Shown here: in pieces, positions 56,062 through 64,000 of the stretch
How positions within the stretch are numbered: the stretch's first letter is position 1
Layout of the letters: each line of letters begins with the position of its first letter
Virus record (IMG/VR): IMGVR_UViG_3300045988_051021
Length of the DNA: 64,000 nucleotides
From: a virus
Strand: one strand, 5' to 3'
Translations under genes and position numbers: made by a program
Notes under the pieces: model-generated
The model's input: the letters and a program-made list of their open reading frames with translations, nothing else
What the model was told of the DNA's origin: nothing
Databases searched by the model: none

Positions 56062-56655
56062 TTATCCCTGTATTGCCTTGATATAATCCAATATACCCTG
56101 TACGTGCAAGCGAGCTATAGTTGCTCTACCCTCATCTGACAGTAGATACTCTACGTCCTCTTTATTATCTTGAAACAGATTCTCTGTTAAAACTGCAGGG
56201 CACTTAGTCTCTCTGCATATAGCTAGATTCTGTTTCCAATATACTTGTGTTTGTGAATATTTCCTTAGTGTTAAACCCTCTTTACGTGCTGCTTCAAACA
56301 AGCACTCTGCTAGTTTCTTACTCTTACTTGAGCTATTGTTAGATATGAATACACTCCAACCTTTAGCATTCATCCAATCTGCCCCGCTACCAGCAGCATT
56401 ACAGTGAATCGACACCAATACAGTATTAGCTTTTCCATGTATATCACAGTATTGGTTTACTATTCGGCATCTCTGCATAAGTGGTACATCTATATCGTTT
56501 GTAACTACCAACTCAACATTAAAGCCTTTATCAATTAATTGTTTCTTTACTTCGTTAGCAATCTCTCTACAATATTTGTACTCTCTAAGTCTACCATCTG
56601 GACTTCTTTTACCTGGGGTAGACTCTCCGTGACCTGCGTCTAATAGTATTATCAT
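56062..56655 (-). CDS. N-acetylmuramoyl-L-alanine amidase (Amidase_3 family endolysin)
   Basis: ILLDAGHGESTPGKRSP, SIHCNAAGSG and VLTENLFQDNKED correspond to the Amidase_3 zinc-ligand and catalytic segments (D.GHG, S.H.NA, E..F..N). Confidence 0.8.
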   Translation of the reverse strand: MIILLDAGHGESTPGKRSPDGRLREYKYCREIANEVKKQLIDKGFNVELVVTNDIDVPLMQRCRIVNQYCDIHGKANTVLVSIHCNAAGSGADWMNAKGWSVFISNNSSSKSKKLAECLFEAARKEGLTLRKYSQTQVYWKQNLAICRETKCPAVLTENLFQDNKEDVEYLLSDEGRATIARLHVQGILDYIKAIQG

Positions 56656-56966
56656 AGCTTACTAAATTTTAGACAAGTGTCTACTATACTTATATCTATA
56701 TTATTCTCATCATCTAGCTTTTTAATAACATCTTTTATTATTTTAATTTGTTCGAATGTTATCTCAAACTCTTTATCCTCTTCCTTAGTAACATCCCATG
56801 TAACCTTCCCATCTTCTGTTTTAAGATTTAGAGATTCTGTTTCTTCTTTCGTAAACTTTATAGTTTTTATTAGTTCTAGAATCTCTACTAAATCGGTTAA
56901 TTTCCCCTGAGTGGGAAGTATAGCTATAATAGCCATTCTGTCCTTCGCTGTTAATCCTATTTTCAT
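56652..56966 (-). CDS. hypothetical protein
   Basis: 104-aa ORF with an ATGA overlap with the amidase gene. It has no transmembrane segment, so it is not an obvious holin. Confidence 0.5.
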   Translation of the reverse strand: MKIGLTAKDRMAIIAILPTQGKLTDLVEILELIKTIKFTKEETESLNLKTEDGKVTWDVTKEEDKEFEITFEQIKIIKDVIKKLDDENNIDISIVDTCLKFSKL

Positions 56967-56971
56967 TTTAA

Positions 56972-59900
56972 TTAACTGTGTCTTGATAACCCTACTACCA
57001 GCCCATTAACTACAGTAATTGAGGCGTGGTCAAAATCTACATCTTTACCATCAAAAGTACATCCCGAATACACCAGACCTGGAGTTAAAGTTCCTGGTGC
57101 TGGATTTAATACAACCCCATTACCTTGATTATCTATAATAGAGCCATATTGGTCTTGTCTAGCTTGGCTAAACGGCCAATTACCTTGTCGATATCCATCT
57201 GGGCACTTTGTAAATATCATATTACCTAGGTTTACAGATTGTGTGCAATAAACATCTCCGTCAAAGAACCCTGCTATCATCAAATCATCATTTGGTCTTC
57301 TTGTTGGAGGGTCAATACCTTCAGTAACTGCCGCCCATAGAGCAGCATTCATATGCCCTGCCACTTTTATACCATATCTATTATCCTTATAGGTGAACGC
57401 ATTAGCATAATTAAATATTTCAAGGAAGGCGGGGTTAGAATCAAATAATTCTCTCTTTCCAACACCTAGCTTAAATCCAGACCTCTCATAAGCTGAACCC
57501 CACATATGATTTTCAAGTTTCTGCCATAAGATATGTGTAGCATCATGGTACAAACTATAAGATACAGGTTCTATATGTATGGAACCTATTCTTCCAGAGT
57601 CTGCCACAATAGTACCCTGAACATAAGCATTCTTCATGTATGCGTTATATAAATAGGCGTCTTGACCATATATATCTCCGTTTTGGTCTATCTTGGCATT
57701 TAATTGATACGTATCAGGAACTAATTCTCTGGACCCGTCTGGCTTCCACTCACTTCGCTGTCCCCATATCTCCAACCCATTAACTTTAACCCATCCATTA
57801 ATATCTAATAAGACATTATCTAACTTACCTGTAGTCTTATCAAACATCTTACCAAGTGTCATAGCTAATTTATCTCCAATATAGAAATAAAACTTATCAG
57901 CATTCATACTGATAGATGTTTCATAAACAGGATTGCCGTCTTTATCAAGTACTGGTTCTCCATTCTCATCTAAGACAGGAATCTTCTCGCCTTTATCATT
58001 TAGAGTTTCCTTTATTTCCAGTCCAGCATTCTTAAACTTTAATAGTATGTTCTCTTCAGAGAAATCTACTATTGATTGACCATTATTTAAATAAAACTCA
58101 CCAGTTAGGAATACATTCTCGCCATATAAACCATATCCATAGGGTTGTTTCTTACCAAACATTTCATTGTAAATGCCATCAAGTCTACCAATTCTTACCT
58201 TTGTAGTCTTTGTAAGTGAGTGTCTATACTTATTATCCCGCATCTTAATAACAGATGTTTGTGTGGGATATTCTGTGCAATAATATGTCTTAGTAATGAC
58301 ACTCTCTCCGTCTTTAATGTCTACTGTAAAGGTAGGAGCACCTTCTATTGAGGGAGATTCTTGATAATAGTAATTATGCTTAGTTGACTTATATATTAGT
58401 TCCTTTCTATCATATAATGGAACATCATATAAAACCGAATAATCAGGTCTATTTAATTCAGTGATTACATCCATGTATGGTCCACCATCATCACTTGATG
58501 TTAAATATAAAGCACCTTGCCTCTCGGTGTTAAATATGTTTCCCATTTGAATCATATCATCACCTTCAGATATATCATCCAATCTATCACTAGTAGTATT
58601 AGATGAAGATACTTGCTTCCTGGCTCCTGTATTAACATCATAGCTAGTTTCGGTCTTACTGTACTGAGTATTGTTATAAGACTCTTCTGAAGAAGCTACT
58701 GAACCATCTTCATTATAATGGATTTCAGTATAAATATCAAATACAGATGTAGCTTTCTGAACTATAAATTGTCTAGATTCCATCTGCGACATTACTATAG
58801 CATCGTAATACTTTATATTGCCACCTGTATATTTCTGACACCTTATTATATCTCCTGGTTTAAACAGGGGATATTCCTCATCATCGGTATTTACTACCCA
58901 CAAATTAGGCATCACAACAGTAGTATTCATACTACTATTAAATTGGCTATTTGATTCTGTAATAGCTTGATTGACTATTGTTGTGTCAAGTCCGAAGTAT
59001 TTATAGAATGGTTGTATTGGTGTTAGGTAAGTACTATTAAATCCATTCTTCTCAAAGTCTTCTGTGGCAACTTTATCACCCTTCGGAATCATATAGAAAG
59101 CTGTATCCTTATTGAAAGTCTCAGTTAGTGTCCACTCTAATGGAATAGTACCTTCATCCCATTGTCCTTCATTTCCTCCCCACTTAGTAACCGTCATTCC
59201 CATACTGATATAGTATAGAGTTATACACTTTCTAAACGCAATGTGGTTTTGGTCTGATGAAGTTGATGTTAGTAAAGACTCATCATATAAAGTTTGCGGT
59301 CCTCTAAACAGAGTATTATTAACAAGACCTCTAGGGTCTTTAACATGAATTATAAACTTATAGTTTACAAATGTTTTAGGCGTGGTATTAATTGAATCTG
59401 CCTTAGATATTTCTTTCGTTCTGGTGACTATACTAAGTGTATTAGCCCCATTACCCGGAAGGGGGATATAATACCCATCTGTTGATAATAGCTTCAACAT
59501 AGCATCTATATTTGCACTTGACCCAGTCCATGTACCAATACTTCTGAGTTGTGCATCTGTTAAAATAGTGGGTTGCACAGCCTTACTACATTTACTTGAA
59601 TTAGTAACCCAGATACTTCCATTGGTTGCACTTATCTTATTGATTACCAATTCATATACTCTCATAGCTTTTCTAACTACAAGATAGTCAACTGTTAGTG
59701 TATTGGTATTTGCATCCAATCTCCAACCATAACCACCAAATCCTGACATAAAATCAGGGGATGTCAAGCTCCTGCTAGTAACCAAATCTCCATACATACG
59801 GACATTGTCCTTAAAAACCCAAGTATCCTCAGAGACTCCTTTGCCTTTAAATGTCCAATTTCCATATATATATTCATCTACGTTCTTCTTTGCCAAATCA

Positions 59901-60367
59901 TCGGATGAATATCCATTAATAAATTCAGCATTTAAGTTACTAACTAGCTTAGACGAAGCCACTATTAAAGGAGGACCAACAGTATTGATTTCTAACTGTC
60001 CAGTCATTGTGTCTCCTTTACGTCTTACATACCCATCATCAGCACCTTCTGCTGCCTCTATTAAGGCTATATATCTCTCATCATAAGAAATATATAGAGT
60101 GGATGTAAGTGTGTTATAAATGAAGAATCCATCTCCGGGATACTCCATCTGCTCCATCTCAAGTAAGCTACCAACTATAATAGTTTGACTTTTTATTTCT
60201 GATTCCTGTACTTGGTCTAATAATTTTAGAACATCACTAAGCACTCTAGAATTATTGCCGGTTTTGATATAAACCTTACCAAGAGTCTCAAGTACTAAAT
60301 CAGTATACTTATTGCCAACTATAACTTTATCATTCCCTAAGAATGACTCAACTCGAATGTTTTCCAT
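56972..60367 (-). CDS. tail fibre/spike protein (1131 aa)
   Basis: It contains RRKGDTMTGQLEI followed by LNAEFINGYSSDDLA, a motif pair that recurs in phage tail-fibre proteins. The C-terminal region is long and beta-rich. Confidence 0.65.
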   Translation of the reverse strand: MENIRVESFLGNDKVIVGNKYTDLVLETLGKVYIKTGNNSRVLSDVLKLLDQVQESEIKSQTIIVGSLLEMEQMEYPGDGFFIYNTLTSTLYISYDERYIALIEAAEGADDGYVRRKGDTMTGQLEINTVGPPLIVASSKLVSNLNAEFINGYSSDDLAKKNVDEYIYGNWTFKGKGVSEDTWVFKDNVRMYGDLVTSRSLTSPDFMSGFGGYGWRLDANTNTLTVDYLVVRKAMRVYELVINKISATNGSIWVTNSSKCSKAVQPTILTDAQLRSIGTWTGSSANIDAMLKLLSTDGYYIPLPGNGANTLSIVTRTKEISKADSINTTPKTFVNYKFIIHVKDPRGLVNNTLFRGPQTLYDESLLTSTSSDQNHIAFRKCITLYYISMGMTVTKWGGNEGQWDEGTIPLEWTLTETFNKDTAFYMIPKGDKVATEDFEKNGFNSTYLTPIQPFYKYFGLDTTIVNQAITESNSQFNSSMNTTVVMPNLWVVNTDDEEYPLFKPGDIIRCQKYTGGNIKYYDAIVMSQMESRQFIVQKATSVFDIYTEIHYNEDGSVASSEESYNNTQYSKTETSYDVNTGARKQVSSSNTTSDRLDDISEGDDMIQMGNIFNTERQGALYLTSSDDGGPYMDVITELNRPDYSVLYDVPLYDRKELIYKSTKHNYYYQESPSIEGAPTFTVDIKDGESVITKTYYCTEYPTQTSVIKMRDNKYRHSLTKTTKVRIGRLDGIYNEMFGKKQPYGYGLYGENVFLTGEFYLNNGQSIVDFSEENILLKFKNAGLEIKETLNDKGEKIPVLDENGEPVLDKDGNPVYETSISMNADKFYFYIGDKLAMTLGKMFDKTTGKLDNVLLDINGWVKVNGLEIWGQRSEWKPDGSRELVPDTYQLNAKIDQNGDIYGQDAYLYNAYMKNAYVQGTIVADSGRIGSIHIEPVSYSLYHDATHILWQKLENHMWGSAYERSGFKLGVGKRELFDSNPAFLEIFNYANAFTYKDNRYGIKVAGHMNAALWAAVTEGIDPPTRRPNDDLMIAGFFDGDVYCTQSVNLGNMIFTKCPDGYRQGNWPFSQARQDQYGSIIDNQGNGVVLNPAPGTLTPGLVYSGCTFDGKDVDFDHASITVVNGLVVGLSRHS

Positions 60368-60695
60368 TGTTCGCTTTTAACGTCTTAAATATCCTCTCGA
60401 ACTCATCAATGTCAGCCTCACCAAACTTAACTGGTTTACCAAATAGCTTAACGACATATCCGTCTTTAGCACGAGCCTTCATAACGTCACGTAGCGCATT
60501 TCCAAATAAATCTATATTTATATTACCACCCTTATCAAGGAATGGCTCCAAATACATTCCATACTTGTCCTCCATGTTATTAACTACGTAAGTTATGAGA
60601 GCATCAGTACCTATTGTGTTTATGCCGAATAAGTTACCTACCAAGTTTTTAGTGAATGTGTTTGCTGCTTGAAATATTAATTCTTTGTCACTCAT
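60348..60695 (-). CDS. hypothetical protein
   Basis: 115-aa ORF coupled to its neighbours. Confidence 0.5.
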   Translation of the reverse strand: MSDKELIFQAANTFTKNLVGNLFGINTIGTDALITYVVNNMEDKYGMYLEPFLDKGGNINIDLFGNALRDVMKARAKDGYVVKLFGKPVKFGEADIDEFERIFKTLKANNGKHSS

Positions 60696-61144
60696 TATTT
60701 AGCTGTTTTATTCATCATGAGTTCATCAAATCTCTTCTTCATCTCTGGGTCACTTTCCATTAATTCTAATAATGTGTTAACCTTCTCTTCTTTTGCCTTA
60801 ATCTGAGATTGTATATACTCCTTACTCTTTCTAATAGTAGCTAATAGATTCTCAGCTGCTACTTTACCATCAGGAGAATTTACATATTCTGAACTAAACT
60901 TAGTCCCTAAGAATGCCATAAATCCTGCCTCATAGGTCTGTTTAGCCATTTGATATTCTTGTGTTTTAGCCAATACGTTCTGCTCGTCAACAGACAACGA
61001 CCCAACCTCCCTGTTTATTTCATCAAGGATGGGTTGAGTCTTCTGTTGTGCTTGCTGAGCTTGTTGCATAACTTGTAGTTGCTGCAAGTATTGGTTTTGT
61101 AAATCAGTATAATTAGTACCGAAAGGTTGTCCAAATAAGCTCAT
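60695..61144 (-). CDS. hypothetical Q-rich coiled-coil protein
   Basis: 149-aa ORF with the N-terminal run LQQLQVMQQAQQAQQK. Confidence 0.5.
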   Translation of the reverse strand: MSLFGQPFGTNYTDLQNQYLQQLQVMQQAQQAQQKTQPILDEINREVGSLSVDEQNVLAKTQEYQMAKQTYEAGFMAFLGTKFSSEYVNSPDGKVAAENLLATIRKSKEYIQSQIKAKEEKVNTLLELMESDPEMKKRFDELMMNKTAK

Positions 61145-61156
61145 ATCATGTGATTA

Positions 61157-61606
61157 TTATGCTGCTGCAGGAATCTGTATCTCGAATACTGAGTAAGCAC
61201 AATTACCTTTAACTGGCAATGATGTTGGTAACTCATCTAAGATAGCTTGATTAACAATACTAACTCCGTTAGGAATTATAACATCAATTACCTTATTAAC
61301 TTCTGGAACAAGTGTAGTTATTGTCTCACTTGTAGCTGGAGAAGATAGTATAGTTGATGTCTCTTCTGTAGCCAATCTCACATTTCCCTTACAGTCAGTG
61401 TACTGTATATTATGTATAATATCAAACTTAGTAACTTGCATGTAAGAAGCTACACCTGTTGTAGCTGTGTTAATAACCTTAGCCCATCTTTGAGTAATTG
61501 TTAATGTAGACACTGGAGCTACAGATGCTCTTGCTCCGCATGGTAACGATACATTAAATTCAATTAACTGAGCACTTTCTCCTATAGAAGTAATTTTAAC
61601 CTTCAT
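61157..61606 (-). CDS. hypothetical protein
   Basis: 149-aa ORF with beta-rich composition. Confidence 0.5.
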   Translation of the reverse strand: MKVKITSIGESAQLIEFNVSLPCGARASVAPVSTLTITQRWAKVINTATTGVASYMQVTKFDIIHNIQYTDCKGNVRLATEETSTILSSPATSETITTLVPEVNKVIDVIIPNGVSIVNQAILDELPTSLPVKGNCAYSVFEIQIPAAA

Positions 61607-61625
61607 AAGTGTTTATGTTTTAAAT

Positions 61626-61662
61626 ATAAAAAATAAGGGAGACTATTTGCATAATCTCCCTT
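61626..61662 (-). terminator. strong intrinsic terminator
   Basis: Minus strand: AAGGGAGATTAT, tetraloop GCAA, ATAGTCTCCCTT (hairpin at 61662-61635). The stem is 12 bp with one G.U pair and is followed by TATTTTTTAT. Confidence 0.8.
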
Positions 61663-61669
61663 TAATATC

Positions 61670-62542
61670 TTACTGAGCTGTACAAGATGGACAAGCACTG
61701 TTAATAGCTGTGTTCACTGCATTCCAGTTAGAAGCAGCTTGACCAGCGTACATACCTGTACCATATTGTGTAAATGGACTACAGTATAGTGGAGAAATAC
61801 TAGGAACTGGAGCACATAGGTCACTATAAGCATATTTCAGCTGTCCAGTAATCTTGTGGTCTAGTTGTCTCTGTAAATCACCAGCAGCAACCAATAGTTG
61901 TTTCTCTGACTTGCAGCAGCAGTTATCTGAATATCTTTCAGCATTAACTTTGTTAAGTTCGAACATTAGAGGTAAAGCAGCAGCAGTTGCAGCTTCCTTC
62001 TTCTCTAACTCAACTAAACGTGTGTTAAGTCTCTCGAACAAATCTGCCTTCTCTTGTACGTCTTGTTCCCTTCTCTTATAAAGCTCATCACATAGTTTCA
62101 TGTTCTGAGCGTTATCACGAGTGATTATGTCAACATACATTCCACTCTTCTCTTGTAAGTCTTCCACTCTACCTCTCCAGATTTGGTTTGTTAGAATTTG
62201 TGTTTCGTTTCCAATTCTTTCGTTAGTAGCTAAATTCCTACCATTGATGTAAGTGTATAAGTCAATATCATCTTGCATAGACTGTACTCTATTGTTCCAA
62301 GCTAGATTCTGAGACATTTGTCCTTGTGCCATAGCAGTCTGCATAGCCTTCTCAGCTATACAATTACCGTTATTACCTCCAAATAGACCTCCGAGAATAC
62401 CGTTGTTACCACAGCCGCAGCCATTGTTACCTGTAAAAGCTCCAAGTGCTGTTCCGATAATACCAAGAGTCAGAGCGGCATTAGTTCTACCCTTCTTACC
62501 GAATTTATCCTCTGCCTCTTGCATTGTTAAAAATTCTGCCAT
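61670..62542 (-). CDS. Cys- and Gly-rich protein with one predicted membrane/hydrophobic segment (unknown function)
   Basis: 290-aa ORF bracketed by its own promoter and terminator. It has an N-terminal LTLGIIGTALGAFTGNNGCGCGNNGILGGLFGGNNGNC, a central coiled-coil-like region, and C-terminal Cys clusters (CCCK, SACPSC). Confidence 0.6.
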   Translation of the reverse strand: MAEFLTMQEAEDKFGKKGRTNAALTLGIIGTALGAFTGNNGCGCGNNGILGGLFGGNNGNCIAEKAMQTAMAQGQMSQNLAWNNRVQSMQDDIDLYTYINGRNLATNERIGNETQILTNQIWRGRVEDLQEKSGMYVDIITRDNAQNMKLCDELYKRREQDVQEKADLFERLNTRLVELEKKEAATAAALPLMFELNKVNAERYSDNCCCKSEKQLLVAAGDLQRQLDHKITGQLKYAYSDLCAPVPSISPLYCSPFTQYGTGMYAGQAASNWNAVNTAINSACPSCTAQ

Positions 62543-62609
62543 AATTTGTTGTGTTTGTGTGTGTTTTTATACCCAATCTGTTAAGCGCGCTTCTTTAATT
62601 TTCATAGTG

Positions 62610-62641
62610 CAAAGTTAATGATTCTTAAAGGTCATACCAAA
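62610..62641 (-). promoter_or_regulatory. Bacteroides-type promoter
   Basis: Minus strand: TTTG (62641-62638), a 20-nt spacer, then TAACTTTG (62617-62610). A 67-nt leader follows, ending in a CA-rich tract (AAAAACACACACAAACACAACAAATT) before ATG 62542. Confidence 0.6.
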
Positions 62642-62729
62642 GAAATATTGTTAATCAATGTTAACTACAAAATAATTGTATTAAAATATCCAAAAATCAT
62701 CTCTATGGTAATCACCTATTTGAATTATG

Positions 62730-64000
62730 TTATAGCCATTCAGCAGGAACCAATCTAGCCTCAAGACTTTCAGCATTGGTAATATTAGCCTTTGTTACTC
62801 CAGATAGGTAACCAGATACTACATTCAATACTGGGTAAGAAGCGGATGGGAATGGTGGAACAGCCCCAGCTAACGCAGCACAGTAATAAAACATATTACT
62901 GATATTGTTTATATTGTAACAAGTCTTTAATAAATCTTCAGTGATTAAAAGTAGTCCGTAAGGCTTTTCTTTAGATGCACCTGAGACTGTTACTGCAAAT
63001 AAATTTGAAGCGTTAGTTATTTTAGTGTTATTCTTAAACATATTAGCAAAATCTATTTGAGAATATATCTCTTGAGTTCCTTCTGCCTTATATGCCCTTT
63101 TATCGAATAGACAATTAGACCATACACCACTAACACTCTTAAGATTAGCATTGTTGGCAAATAAGTCACTATTAATATCTACTCCAACTTCTATACTAGT
63201 TTGGGCAAATATATTCGATATATCTTCTAATTTAGTGTTATACTTAAATAAGTCTGGTGGGTATTTAATTCCCCTAGTAAAGGTTTGACCTTGAAGATTA
63301 ACAAAGGCACAGAACTTAATACCTTTAAAAACTGACGTTAGACTGGTATTGTCTTTCAACGCTTCAAATAGCTTACAAGGTATTCTACCTACCATTCCAT
63401 CATATTCCTCAGTTTCTTCTACTGAATAGTTACCTGTTTCAGCATCAAACTTTTTAATGTTGGACTTATATGTAAAGTCAGCTAAAGAGTTCTCGAAGTT
63501 ACAGTTAGAAGAACAATATCTAAAGTAGTCAGCAGGGAACATATAATTCTGATAACCTACCTCCGACCTGTCTAGGTCTTGCTGAGATATAGCCACCTTT
63601 TGTTGGGAATCATACTTAAAGTATCTTTCATTTAGTCTAGTCTTAACAGCATCTAATCCACTCTCACTACTAGAAGCACCTTCCCAACCATATCCGTCTA
63701 AGTACCACACATCAAATGCTTGTTCCCCGGGATTATATTCCTCACTATCTGGGTCTTCATTCCTATCGTAGTTATATGATTTCTTCATATTACTAACATC
63801 TAGCTTAAATGGGACTCTATTACCAACGGTCTGTATAATATGGTCTGCCCATACAGTCTTAGTCATTCCAGCTATTAAATCTGACCCAACATCTATAGTT
63901 CTAGTTTCATCGTATCCAAGACACCAGCACCCTGTGAATACCCCAGCCATATCAGTAATGGTCTGACTGATAACTTTACTTCCATTGCTATTTGACCTAG
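62730..64000 (-). CDS. leucine-rich-repeat-like (BspA-type) fibre/receptor-binding candidate, partial (continues past window edge)
   Basis: The protein has five or more degenerate repeat units: LKDNTSLTSVFKGI, YNTKLEDISNIFAQT, NNANLKSVSGVWSNC, NNTKITNASNLFAVT, YNINNISNMFYYC. The frame stays open from 63950 to 64000. The first Met lies inside another repeat unit (TITDMAGVFTGC), so the real start is probably beyond the window. Confidence 0.55.
   Translation of the reverse strand, partial: RSNSNGSKVISQTITDMAGVFTGCWCLGYDETRTIDVGSDLIAGMTKTVWADHIIQTVGNRVPFKLDVSNMKKSYNYDRNEDPDSEEYNPGEQAFDVWYLDGYGWEGASSSESGLDAVKTRLNERYFKYDSQQKVAISQQDLDRSEVGYQNYMFPADYFRYCSSNCNFENSLADFTYKSNIKKFDAETGNYSVEETEEYDGMVGRIPCKLFEALKDNTSLTSVFKGIKFCAFVNLQGQTFTRGIKYPPDLFKYNTKLEDISNIFAQTSIEVGVDINSDLFANNANLKSVSGVWSNCLFDKRAYKAEGTQEIYSQIDFANMFKNNTKITNASNLFAVTVSGASKEKPYGLLLITEDLLKTCYNINNISNMFYYCAALAGAVPPFPSASYPVLNVVSGYLSGVTKANITNAESLEARLVPAEWL

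Noticed and set aside
1-64000. Window-wide search for tRNA genes, CRISPR arrays, integrase/attachment sites, and TAG/TGA stop-codon reassignment (known in some crAss-like lineages).
   Set aside because: All non-coding gaps are short, 233 nt or less once small ORFs are discounted, and none folds as a cloverleaf or contains spaced direct repeats. No recombinase motifs were seen. The giant ORFs (up to 9.3 kb) are uninterrupted under the standard code, so recoding need not be invoked.

Overview
This 64-kb window looks like part of a crAss-like (Crassvirales-type) phage of a Bacteroidota host. It is AT-rich and tightly packed, with many ATGA/TAATG start-stop overlaps and no Shine-Dalgarno sites. 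Three promoters fit the Bacteroides-type pattern TTTG-N19/20-TAnnTTTG. No in-frame stop recoding, tRNA, CRISPR array or integrase was seen. Two convergent arms meet at a bidirectional terminator (35758-35802).

Plus arm:
- 1-4528 is a translationally coupled auxiliary operon. It encodes a complete Preiss-Handler NAD+ route (pncB 3' end, nadE, nadD), a Nudix hydrolase, a nucleoside-deoxyribosyltransferase-like protein, a YqeY-like protein, a tiny membrane protein plus lipoprotein, and a very acidic protein.
- 4595-35750 has one promoter, then a small Gly/Ala/Pro-rich protein gene followed by an intrinsic terminator, then a roughly 30-kb run of giant genes (1698, 612, 2689, 3092, 361 and 1566 aa) and a dNMP kinase. 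The 3092-aa protein carries a DxDxD motif expected of the crAss-type virion RNA polymerase. The 2689-aa protein contains an SF1-helicase-like P-loop module. The 361-aa protein has HExxH. The 1566-aa protein starts with a RecB/Cas4-like PD-(D/E)xK nuclease domain.

Minus arm (64000 to 35805) is the virion morphogenesis and lysis module:
- an LRR-like fibre protein (partial) and a self-contained Cys/Gly-rich gene cassette
- a 1131-aa tail fibre and an Amidase_3 endolysin
- an acidic scaffold-like protein and the major capsid protein
- a BACON-like decoration protein, large tail proteins, a free-standing GIY-YIG homing endonuclease and a DUF192 protein

Main findings:
1. The capsid gene is interrupted by a 1,373-nt group I intron carrying a second GIY-YIG endonuclease. 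The P, Q, R and S core elements and a contiguous P1/P10 guide sequence are readable directly, and the splice is in frame.
2. The phage-encoded PncB-NadD-NadE NAD+ module is a candidate counter-defence system against NAD+-depleting immunity.
3. A short K-[YFL]-x-x-G-G motif is shared by four Gly-rich virion-cargo-type proteins.
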